A stretch of DNA of 32,000 nucleotides from an uncultured archaeon. Lineage in GTDB: Archaea > Asgardarchaeota > Thorarchaeia > Thorarchaeales > Thorarchaeaceae. Both the position numbers and the translations under genes were made by a program. Under the pieces are notes generated by a model, which saw only the letters and a program-made list of their open reading frames with translations, had not been told where the DNA came from and did not search any database. This document shows, piece after piece, positions 8,717-16,993 of this stretch (its first letter is position 1; every line of letters begins with the position of its first letter). The stretch is taken from contig CAYHAA010000005.1 in NCBI GenBank assembly GCA_964354495.1, positions 30,001-62,000 on the forward strand, given 5' to 3'.

Positions 8717-9520
8717 TTAGCTGATACGGCCACTAGATTTCCTATGCAGAGAGAGTAAAGGACCAAGTATTCTAGCGTTGATGAGCAATCGCTCCCAAGC
8801 TGCCTCAATGTCGTCAGCAGAAAAGACACGGATATAGACATCAAACCCGTGAGGCGCGTACATAGTTTCCCAACCAGCCATATCACCGAGAGTGAAGAAG
8901 TGAGGAGCGGCACCAAGATAGCTTCTCTCATCAAACATCACATAGGGTCTATAGGGCTCTCGGTCAGGATGGTCTATCAGCATTCCTGAGCAACTCTCTA
9001 CTGTCGCAAAGCCGAGACCATTTAGTTCCGTTATGTGAGGCCGAATCGAGGTGTCGACATAATCAATGAACTCACTCGGTGGCACAAATTCGTGGATTCT
9101 TGATTCCCATAGTTCGCGATGCCATTCAGTCGCGTACTGGCCCCATATCACTGTCCCATACTGGCCGAGAGCAATACTCTCCTTGTAGAACTTCATGCAG
9201 TCCATGATAGAAGATAGAACAGAGGTGAGCTTACTCCATGCTTGAATGCTTGAGTCAATGGAGTCTGCTTGCTCATTGGCCTCATGGTTGATTATTGAGT
9301 GGCTGAGAAGTACATCACGGTCTGAAGTGAACTGGGCATTCCAGAGGGCAGCATCGGCGATTGTGAAAAGATGAGCTTCAACGCCAGGATATGATGTGCG
9401 GTCGATGACGACGTATGGCTTCTCCGGAGAAGCGACTCCAAAACCCACTTGAAGTTCCTTGACTGCCAAATCATACTTCCGAAAAATCCTGGCCAACTTG
9501 CGTGCACTTCGCATGGACAA
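8717..9520 (-). CDS. Protein with two tandem TYW3-like domains, unknown function
   Basis: YVDTSIRPHITELNGLGFATVESCSG motif plus a visible internal duplication (KPYVVIDRTSYPGVEAHLFTIADAALW vs RPYVMFDERSYLGAAPHFFTLGDMAGW). Confidence 0.7.
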   Translation of the reverse strand: MSMRSARKLARIFRKYDLAVKELQVGFGVASPEKPYVVIDRTSYPGVEAHLFTIADAALWNAQFTSDRDVLLSHSIINHEANEQADSIDSSIQAWSKLTSVLSSIMDCMKFYKESIALGQYGTVIWGQYATEWHRELWESRIHEFVPPSEFIDYVDTSIRPHITELNGLGFATVESCSGMLIDHPDREPYRPYVMFDERSYLGAAPHFFTLGDMAGWETMYAPHGFDVYIRVFSADDIEAAWERLLINARILGPLLSLHRKSSGRIS

Positions 9521-9727
9521 CTCGGTTGCCTCATAGGTTATCCTGTTACATGGGCATGTAAGTCGTTCGCTCTGAATGAGTACCCAATATCACGAAACAA
9601 ACCCACAAAACTGGCAGCTTCCTCAAAGCGACGGATGTGCCAATGGGTGATTGTAGAAACCAAACAACAATGTCATACTACTTTCGTCTGTTCAATGTTG
9701 TAGCAGTCTTGTCAATGACTTGAAACT

Positions 9728-9763
9728 GAAAAGAAAGAGAAAGGAAAGGAGGAATCCCTCCTT
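9728..9763 (-). terminator. Hairpin plus pyrimidine tract downstream of the 9782 membrane gene
   Basis: Minus strand reads AAGGAGG-GATT-CCTCCTT followed by TCCTTTCTCTTTCTTTT. Confidence 0.6.
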
Positions 9764-9781
9764 CCCAGTTATTGCAAAAGG

Positions 9782-10618
9782 CTATTGTTCGAATTTCTTG
9801 GCTATCTTGCCCATACCATAGATGAAAAGCATGATCAGAAGTATGGCTCCAAGATTCGTTGTACCAAGGACAGACATGTTTCTGAAGAAGTCAATAGATG
9901 CAGATGGTCCTGCATAGGCCCAATAGTTGAGGAGGATTCCATATGGTGCGTAGTAGACAATGTTGTAGGTGATCCCGAGAAGGAACACCAAAACCATTAG
10001 CATATAGAAAATCTTCGCCAGGTCCCCAAAGAAGCCACCTATTTTGTCACCCAGGTACATCTTGAGGATGTTAAAGAGCCCGTACACTAAGAGGCATACT
10101 CCGAACACTACCATTATGCCGCCGCCCATGTAGATGAACGGGGGCATGACATGGTTAGCACTTGTTGTTCCAATCATTGCATTCAAATCGAAGTTCGCAT
10201 AGAGGGCAACACCCAGCACAATGAACAGACCTTTCAGGAAGTGAAAGATGTTCTTGATGAGGTCCCAGTTCTTCATTCTGTTCTCGAGGAACGGAGCAAT
10301 GAAGAACAACACACCCACAATTAGGAACATTGCTGCTGCAGCTGCCTGTGCTGCTTGTACCACCATCCACAGTATTGAATCCAGGATTAGAGCTAGGCCT
10401 AGGCAGAACCAGGCCATATTCTCTTTTCCGATTGCATAGTACATCGGGAATAATAGCCCGATTACTAGAGTAAAGTAGTAAACCCATGTCAGTACTGGAT
10501 CAGCAAGCACTGCCGCTGACAGATATGTCCAAGGCAGGTAGATTAGAAAGAATAGTGCCAATGCAATAGCTGACATGTATTGAATCAACGTTTTCCAGTC
10601 GAATTCTTCTTTAACCAA
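9782..10618 (-). CDS. Polytopic membrane protein (about 8 TM), unknown function
   Basis: Long hydrophobic ORF; likely TTG start at 10618 behind a GGAG RBS (the ORF track starts at 10633). Confidence 0.8.
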   Translation of the reverse strand: MVKEEFDWKTLIQYMSAIALALFFLIYLPWTYLSAAVLADPVLTWVYYFTLVIGLLFPMYYAIGKENMAWFCLGLALILDSILWMVVQAAQAAAAAMFLIVGVLFFIAPFLENRMKNWDLIKNIFHFLKGLFIVLGVALYANFDLNAMIGTTSANHVMPPFIYMGGGIMVVFGVCLLVYGLFNILKMYLGDKIGGFFGDLAKIFYMLMVLVFLLGITYNIVYYAPYGILLNYWAYAGPSASIDFFRNMSVLGTTNLGAILLIMLFIYGMGKIAKKFEQ

Positions 10619-10751
10619 ACTTTCACTCTCCACTCTTAACCAGAAGGTTAGAAATGTTGAAGTGAAACAGATTTAAACTAGCATAAATGCGTGTTGCTTT
10701 TCGTGGGACGAAAGCGCGAATTGGTATTCCTTTTATGACAAGGTGAGAACG

Positions 10752-11507
10752 ATGAAGATTACTATGCTGGGTACAGGCACTTCATACCCTGATCGAGAGA
10801 GAGTGCAATCAGGCATACTCGTTGAGTCGGGCGAGGATAAGATACTACTTGATATTGGCTCAGGAGTTCTACATAGACTTACCCAGCTTGAGATTGATCT
10901 TAGAAAAATCAGCTCTGTCTTCATTAGTCACTTTCACATTGACCATTGCTCAGATTTCTTGACCTTGTGCCAGAGCCTATGGCTGACAAAATCAGAGCAA
11001 CCTCTCAAGGTGTACGGTCCCCCCTTCATTCTCGATTGGTTCAGAGGAATTCGAGATGTTGCATCTCCCTACCTCATAGGCAAATTTGAGATTCAAGCAT
11101 CGAAGCTCAGTGAGAATGATGTTATCAAAGTAGGAAGAACCGCAATTTACAATCATCCTACGATTCATGGCGCTATGGACACGAGAGCCTTCAAAGTGCA
11201 AGCGGATGGTGAAACACTTGTTTACTCGTCAGATACCGCACCGTCTCAAGAACTGAATAGATTCGCGAAGAGTACAGACATTCTCATTCATGAGTGTAAC
11301 TGGTTGGACGGACAGCATCCCCAGGGAGTACATACTGCTCCCAGTGAATTGGCACTGATAGTTGAGGAAGTATCGCCCTCAAGCGTAGTTCTAACGCATC
11401 TCTCCCCAGAGGTGGCAAGGAATGGCCATAAGGTGACGGAAATTGTAGGGTCTCGGAGTGGAGCAGATGTACGCTTGGCTGAGGATTTGATGTCATTTGA
11501 GACTTAG
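10752..11507 (+). CDS. MBL-fold metallo-hydrolase, RNase Z/BN-like
   Basis: LGTGTSYP, LLDIGSG, SHFHIDHCSD (HxHxDH), YSSDT, LIHEC, LTHL motifs. Confidence 0.9.
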   Translation: MKITMLGTGTSYPDRERVQSGILVESGEDKILLDIGSGVLHRLTQLEIDLRKISSVFISHFHIDHCSDFLTLCQSLWLTKSEQPLKVYGPPFILDWFRGIRDVASPYLIGKFEIQASKLSENDVIKVGRTAIYNHPTIHGAMDTRAFKVQADGETLVYSSDTAPSQELNRFAKSTDILIHECNWLDGQHPQGVHTAPSELALIVEEVSPSSVVLTHLSPEVARNGHKVTEIVGSRSGADVRLAEDLMSFET

Positions 11508-11923
11508 GCAGTAGGAAGTGGACCCCACATACGTTTGATGTTCGACATCCCGAATACACCACCCATAATGAAGATTGGAGTCCATGATGTCAGGTCTTGA
11601 AAATCCGGAAGAAAAACAGGAACACCGGTCTGAGAGATAGCCAAACCATTGACGACGAGAATCGTGAAGAAGGTCATGGAATACACGAGATTTGCTACTG
11701 CTGCCTGTCGCGCGAACTTGTACTCGTAGGTCTTGACAACACGCGCAGTGTCACGTATCAATCGAATGACAAAGAATAGCATCATAGCGATGACTGCAGG
11801 AAATCCGAAGTAGTAATACAGTACGTAAGCTGCGAGCACTGCGATTGTATAGAAAAGATAGTTTACCAAAGGGTTGAAAGCTCTCACAGGTGGTCGAGTG
11901 CTCTCTGCCTCTTTCTCGTTCAT
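11504..11923 (-). CDS. Small membrane protein (about 4 TM)
   Basis: Hydrophobic segments from MNEKEAES onward; the upstream ORF extension looks non-coding. The stop codon overlaps the MBL gene stop. Confidence 0.7.
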   Translation of the reverse strand: MNEKEAESTRPPVRAFNPLVNYLFYTIAVLAAYVLYYYFGFPAVIAMMLFFVIRLIRDTARVVKTYEYKFARQAAVANLVYSMTFFTILVVNGLAISQTGVPVFLPDFQDLTSWTPIFIMGGVFGMSNIKRMWGPLPTA

Positions 11924-12174
11924 TGAGTGGCCAGTGGCGTCATCATCAGTCAAAGTGGTGCACAATAGCTCTCGATGACGGTGCTCTAATAACTTGACCC
12001 TTAGGAGCAAAAGCAACGTTTTTGCAGCTGCGGGCCTTATTTGATGATAATGATTCTGCCCTGCGGTGCAAATAGCGGTTCTGACCGAACAGAAGCCGTT
12101 TGAACATACCATGTCAATGTTTAAAACCTATGACACCTGTATCGAATTAGAACTCGAAAAAAACGGGTGTTCTT

Positions 12175-13062
12175 ATGGCAGATGCAATTGAATGGACTAA
12201 TGCCAGTCCTGATCACGTCGTCTGGAAATATCCAGACAACAGAATCGATTGGGGCTCGCAACTCATCGTATTGGAAAACCAAGCCGCTATCTTCTACAGA
12301 GATGGCAAAGCTTTGGATACTTTCCTTGCGGGCCGCCACAAACTGACCACTAGTAGTATGCCTGGCCTTGTTGGTTGGCTGCAGAAGAAGGTCAAGGGTG
12401 ACGTCTTTGAGGCCACCTGTATCTTCATTTCACGCTCCCAATTCCAAGGCAAATACGGTGGAAGGGGACAGACCAGCGATCTTGCCCCGCTCATGTTTCA
12501 CGGTAATTTCTGGTTCCGAGTCAAAGAGCCAAAGGTTTTCGTGACCGAGGTTGTTTCGAATCAGAATGCATTCACGACACAGAAAGTCAATGATTTCCTG
12601 CGCTCATTCATGAACGAACGAATCATCGATGAGTTCGCTCACTACGACCTGCAGGCAGTCTTTACACAACTTGATGAAACCTCACTTAAGGTCAAGACCC
12701 AAGTCCGCATGAACTTCGAGAGAATCGGTCTAGAGCTTGTAGACCTGAAGTTTGAAGGGATTGATACTACAGAGAAGTATCGTGAACGACTCTTCTTCAT
12801 GAAGACCGGTGGAGTGAGCGGAGCGCAGATGCTGGGTTCAGAAACTGTCAAGTCTTCAGCTGAATCTCTCGGTAAGAGCCCAGGTGCTGGCTTTGGCGCA
12901 GGCATGGGCTTCATGGGGTCAGCTGCAGGTATGATGGGCGCAGGGGGACAACAGCAAGGCGGGGGCGGCGGAGCACCAGCAGGAGCCAAGTTCTGCCCGA
13001 ACTGCGGCACAGCTCTCCAAGGCGCGAAGTTCTGTCCCAACTGTGGAACCAAAGCAGGATAA
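12175..13062 (+). CDS. SPFH/band-7 domain protein (YdjI / virion-core-like) with a C-terminal double zinc ribbon
   Basis: VVWKYPDNRIDWGSQLIVLENQAAIFYRDGK...GRHKL, then a Gly/Met-rich linker GAGFGAGMGFMG and KFCPNCG x2. Confidence 0.9.
   Translation: MADAIEWTNASPDHVVWKYPDNRIDWGSQLIVLENQAAIFYRDGKALDTFLAGRHKLTTSSMPGLVGWLQKKVKGDVFEATCIFISRSQFQGKYGGRGQTSDLAPLMFHGNFWFRVKEPKVFVTEVVSNQNAFTTQKVNDFLRSFMNERIIDEFAHYDLQAVFTQLDETSLKVKTQVRMNFERIGLELVDLKFEGIDTTEKYRERLFFMKTGGVSGAQMLGSETVKSSAESLGKSPGAGFGAGMGFMGSAAGMMGAGGQQQGGGGGAPAGAKFCPNCGTALQGAKFCPNCGTKAG
12984..13051 (+). repeat. Imperfect tandem duplication encoding the double zinc ribbon
   Basis: GCCAAGTTCTGCCCGAACTGCGGCAC / GCGAAGTTCTGTCCCAACTGTGGAAC (AKFCPNCGT x2). 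Confidence 0.75.
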
Positions 13063-13069
13063 AAACACT

Positions 13070-13111
13070 GAAGGGTTGGAGTCGGTACTCCAGCCCCTTC
13101 GATCCTTTTTT
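13070..13111 (+). terminator. Hairpin plus T tract after the SPFH gene
   Basis: GAAGGGTTGGAGT-CGGT-ACTCCAGCCCCTTC followed by GATCCTTTTTT. Confidence 0.65.
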
Positions 13112-13193
13112 CCTCTCAGAAACTCTGACAGCTCTACATTATACCAGAGTGCTTCTGTCTGTAAATAGATAGACTCTCAGTATCTGTTCATTA

Positions 13194-14027
13194 TCATATG
13201 AATACGGCTACAAGATTGATTAGCACTCCGACGCTGCCAATCATCAAGAAGTGACCTAAGGCAGAGCCTCTTTCACACTTTCTGTGTGTTCCAGAGTCTG
13301 CTCCGAAACTTCCTAGATAGGATTTCCAAATCAGTGCGATGAGTGCAAGGACAGTATTAAGGTCAATTGAAATCCACAGAGTTTGAGCTTCGAACGACTG
13401 CAACTCTAAGAGAGCCTGCTCAAGATCGGTTGTGTCAATAACAATAGATGGAAAGAACATCCAAGTAACGAATAGCCCAATGAAACTGACCACAATATTG
13501 GGTATGTACGCATAGCCTGTCACTGACGCGGCTGCTCGAAAATCCCAAGAACTGCTACCACAAAGATATCGGATCAAGTATGATTTGACCAGCCATCTGA
13601 TAATCAGAACAACTGGTACAAAGACCATTGCAAGTGTAACAGCTGACATAACCCCAAAAGTCACTTGAGAGCCATACGTACCAACAAACTGCATTTTTGA
13701 AAGCCCAATCATTGCACCAATTACTGAGAGAATAGTCCAGACAGCAAACAGAACTATAACCCCACTATAGTCCGGAGCTAGACCAATATCGTTCATCGAT
13801 TCATCTGGCGATGTCAGCAATTTCGTGATTCTCTCAAACATCGACAGTTTTCTTTCATAAGGTGGGTATTGTTGGGTAGGCGTGCTCCCGCCTACCAATT
13901 CAATAGAGGTTGGACTTGGTGATAGTCTAGATACTTGCGTGCCACAAAATCCGCAATATGCTTTTCCAGCAGGAACTAGTTTTCCGCACTTAGGGCACGT
14001 AAGCGCCTTCTCTTCATCGAAACTCAC
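13194..14027 (-). CDS. Zn-ribbon + Yip1-domain membrane protein
   Basis: N-terminal CPKCG...YCGFCG, then LLTSPDESMNDI (Yip1 P-x-x-x-F-like entry) and about 5 TM helices with the ..SVTGYAYIPNIV pattern. Confidence 0.8.
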   Translation of the reverse strand: MSFDEEKALTCPKCGKLVPAGKAYCGFCGTQVSRLSPSPTSIELVGGSTPTQQYPPYERKLSMFERITKLLTSPDESMNDIGLAPDYSGVIVLFAVWTILSVIGAMIGLSKMQFVGTYGSQVTFGVMSAVTLAMVFVPVVLIIRWLVKSYLIRYLCGSSSWDFRAAASVTGYAYIPNIVVSFIGLFVTWMFFPSIVIDTTDLEQALLELQSFEAQTLWISIDLNTVLALIALIWKSYLGSFGADSGTHRKCERGSALGHFLMIGSVGVLINLVAVFI

Positions 14028-14387
14028 TCGAAATCCCTAGATGCGTATCTGTGCAGAGGATCTTAAGGATTTGCCGATTCTGCGAGTGATTCCCGACCAT
14101 GCATGGGAGAGTTGAGGAAGTCATCAAAATCGACGTTAAGGTAAGATATGAAACAGGATTAGGTTTAGTTGGGCTCAGTCAAATCAAATACAGGGGTCTG
14201 TAATGGTGTTCATCGATTTCCTGATTTTGGGAGTAGGGTGTATCACATTCTATGAAGCAAAACGCCGGATTGACTTGATGGCTCCGGCCAAAGAGATGAG
14301 CAGGAGTATCGAAGGCAAGAGCGAGGTGGGCACTCAAGACAATTGCATATCCTATAGAATTCTGTCTAATCCGATGGATGCGACAAA

Positions 14388-14837
14388 ATGGAAACTGGTA
14401 TCGGAGCCGCTATCAATGAAAGACCCTTTGTGCTGTTTCTATTGATTGTTCTTGTCTTGGCGGCGATTGGATCGCTTTTGACATTGGTGACGAGTTACCC
14501 TAGGCTGGCATTCTTGCTCATGGCCCTCGTTCTTTCATTTGCATTCCATAGTGCTCCTGACTCATTAACAATCAACGAACTCTATCTTGGAATAGTAGTA
14601 TCTCAACGTCCAGGTGACCTCAACGGTCACGATTCGAGGATTCTATCAGGTGCAATAAAGAAACACTCTAGCTGGCCATGGGCACAACTGACATTCGGGT
14701 TCTTGTTTGCAGTGATTGTTTTCTTGCCAAACTCGTTCTTCTTCATCCTAACACTCTTCCTTCTTCTCACCGGTGTAATGTATCTGGGTCGGAAGTACTC
14801 CATTTCAAAAGGAGTATTCGGATCAGTACCGAGATAG
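14388..14837 (+). CDS. Putative membrane protein (about 4 TM)
   Basis: Two hydrophobic hairpins; no family recognised. Confidence 0.5.
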   Translation: METGIGAAINERPFVLFLLIVLVLAAIGSLLTLVTSYPRLAFLLMALVLSFAFHSAPDSLTINELYLGIVVSQRPGDLNGHDSRILSGAIKKHSSWPWAQLTFGFLFAVIVFLPNSFFFILTLFLLLTGVMYLGRKYSISKGVFGSVPR

Positions 14838-14939
14838 CCTGCTCCACAATCATAGAGGGCACATTCCGAAGCCAAGAAAACTCTCGTATTGAGAGGCTCA
14901 ACAATGGTTGGCCGGTTGACTGGAGCTATGCACCTACTC

Positions 14940-16799
14940 TCATTGATATCTCCATTCACGTCGGACAATATAGACCCCGATTCCCAGTAGGACAACTGCT
15001 GCTGAAGGAATGGCTATCCAAATCAATGGAATGGGTTCGACCTCGGTTCCATTGGGGTCAGAGCCTCGCTCATACTCCTGAAGGTTGGTATAACGATCAT
15101 TGTCAGGATTCTCGTTTGCATCATCAAGCAGTGGATCTAGGCCGTACGACACTTCCCAATAGTCCGGCATTCCATCCGAGTCTGAGTCAGTATCGAAGGC
15201 GTCAGTGCCATAGTAGTATTCTTGCGCATTCGTTAATGAATCCCCATCGAGGTCTCCATTCGCATCAGAAATGTCAGTCGGATTCAGTCCTCTCTCAAGC
15301 TCCCAGGCATCAGGCAACGTGTCACCATCCGAATCAGCGTCTTCCGAATCGGTGCCGTAGACTATTTCCATGGCGTCACTAATCGAATCGTTATCTGTAT
15401 CGAGTCCAAAGAGCCCTGTGGAGAGCCAGTACTCCTGACTATCGTAAATTCCATTATTGTTGAGGTCAGCATCAAATTCGATGTAGATATCCGTACCTAT
15501 GCTCTCTGAGTGTACATTCAATATCGCAAGCTTGTACAGACCCTTCTGCGTGACAGGGGTTGAGAATAACTGAGTTGGAGTCCATGGATGCCCATCGGTC
15601 TGGAGAGACGTGTTCAAGATGTTGCCACTCGGATCATAGAGTGTGAAGTTCGCGCCACCGCCATACCACCTTGAAGTGATGTTGATGGTGGTTGAGGTGC
15701 TAATCGGAAAACGATACTCAGATGTCAGGTGAGAATTGATGATGGATGATTCAGCAATTAGCGTCTTCTGACCAAACGCACGCCCCATCGTGAAAGCGAT
15801 ACTCGCTCCAATGAAACCAGTTGTTTCCGCGCCTATGTAGTAGCGGTAATCGCTTCGATCATAGACATCCCTGTTCGTCCGATACGCTGAATCATACATG
15901 TTCCCCGATTCGAAGACGCAGAGCGACCCTGAATATCCCCTCTCGATGAACTTGTAATGATCTGAGGACTCCCAGTATGTAAACTGATTCGATGAAAGAA
16001 CGCCAACTGCATCCAGGCCATAGATATTGGACATGGATTTTGCCAGTTCTGCCCAATAGCGAGCCAAGTGGTAGATGCTGTCAGATCCCTGGTTGTAGGC
16101 TAGGAGCACACGCTCATCAGGTGCAGCATATCTGTTTATGCAGAGAATAGTATCAACATTGTAGAGTGCGAGGATTTCAATTCCCTCAGCAGCGAACGCG
16201 TTCGCGACAGCACCGCTACCCTGCAAATCATAGCGTGCGTGGTCCCCGTTGAAGGCAATGAAAAAGATGTCTAGAGGCCATTCGTGCATGGACATCACAC
16301 GAGCTAGTTCCAGTACTGCAGCAACACCGCTTCCGTCATCATTTGCACCAGGGCAATTATCCACAGTGTCATAGTGCGCAGATACAACAAAGACAGGAAG
16401 GTCCTCATCTGGCAAGTAGCCAGGCAAGAGACCCACGACATTCCTATAGTTTCCAACGAGACTGACCTCAATTCGGTTGTTGGACAGCGTCGTCAGTTTA
16501 TCGACTATCCAATTTCGCGCCGCCTCATTTGCACTACCAAGTATTTCGCCATAGGTCATAATGTATCTGGGACCCATCGAAGTAAGCTCTTGTATATAAT
16601 TCTGGTAATTCGTCTGAGAAACCTCGCCATAGATATCCGGTGCAAGATTGACACCATAGACGCGCTGCATGTCCGCAGAGAGGGCAGTAGGATTGAGAAG
16701 CTGCGGTTTATCTGCTCCATATGTGTCCACAATGCTAGGGGGTGCCACTAGCGAGAAAATCAAAAGAACATAGGCAATCCACAACTTTCGCATACGCAT
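14940..16799 (-). CDS. Secreted, C-terminally membrane-anchored M28-family peptidase-like protein with TSP3-type Ca-binding repeats
   Basis: Signal peptide MRMRKLWIAYVLLIFSLVAP; SAHYDT, GANDDGSGVAAVLELAR, SDH motifs; beta-rich middle domain; DxDxDxxxD repeats; C-terminal TM helix plus RREWRYQ. Confidence 0.88.
   Translation of the reverse strand: MRMRKLWIAYVLLIFSLVAPPSIVDTYGADKPQLLNPTALSADMQRVYGVNLAPDIYGEVSQTNYQNYIQELTSMGPRYIMTYGEILGSANEAARNWIVDKLTTLSNNRIEVSLVGNYRNVVGLLPGYLPDEDLPVFVVSAHYDTVDNCPGANDDGSGVAAVLELARVMSMHEWPLDIFFIAFNGDHARYDLQGSGAVANAFAAEGIEILALYNVDTILCINRYAAPDERVLLAYNQGSDSIYHLARYWAELAKSMSNIYGLDAVGVLSSNQFTYWESSDHYKFIERGYSGSLCVFESGNMYDSAYRTNRDVYDRSDYRYYIGAETTGFIGASIAFTMGRAFGQKTLIAESSIINSHLTSEYRFPISTSTTINITSRWYGGGANFTLYDPSGNILNTSLQTDGHPWTPTQLFSTPVTQKGLYKLAILNVHSESIGTDIYIEFDADLNNNGIYDSQEYWLSTGLFGLDTDNDSISDAMEIVYGTDSEDADSDGDTLPDAWELERGLNPTDISDANGDLDGDSLTNAQEYYYGTDAFDTDSDSDGMPDYWEVSYGLDPLLDDANENPDNDRYTNLQEYERGSDPNGTEVEPIPLIWIAIPSAAVVLLGIGVYIVRREWRYQ
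15040..15480 (-). repeat. About 7 bacterial thrombospondin-type-3-like Ca-binding repeats
   Basis: DTDNDSISDAME, DSDGDTLPDAWE, DLDGDSLTNAQE, DSDSDGMPDYWE, NPDNDRYTNLQE. Confidence 0.8.
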
Positions 16800-16993
16800 C
16801 TCGAGGACCGTAGCTATAAAAAAGGGGTGGTTCATGCGTATTTTGGTTTGAATGACGCAGGCATGCCGAGTCCGTCATACAGCACGACCCGAGTAACCTA
16901 GCGAAAGGAATCTGGAATAGGAAAGATAGACGAATGATGAGAGAATCAAGCTCTTCCACTCAGTCGCAGACGAAACCCATAGGCTCTAGGAAG

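Noticed and set aside
9521-9720. Possible TGA (selenocysteine) read-through extension of the 8717 ORF
   Set aside because: There are two in-frame TGAs close together, no Cys/Sec motif context and no SECIS-like element seen.
11924-12112. N-terminal extension of the 11504 ORF
   Set aside because: It looks non-coding and occupies the divergent promoter region of the SPFH gene.
14100-14445. Short ORFs upstream of 14388 (14203-14445 and a 34-aa ORF), possibly a frameshifted 5' part
   Set aside because: No recognisable homology, RBS or slippery site supports joining them.
1000-14865. AGGGCA(C/T) motif in several 3' intergenic gaps (about 1001, 5033 reverse, 7849, 14858)
   Set aside because: The same hexamer occurs often inside coding regions, so the pattern is post hoc.
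14678-15382. 234-aa plus-strand ORF
   Set aside because: It is the antisense shadow of the M28/TSP3 gene and has atypical composition.
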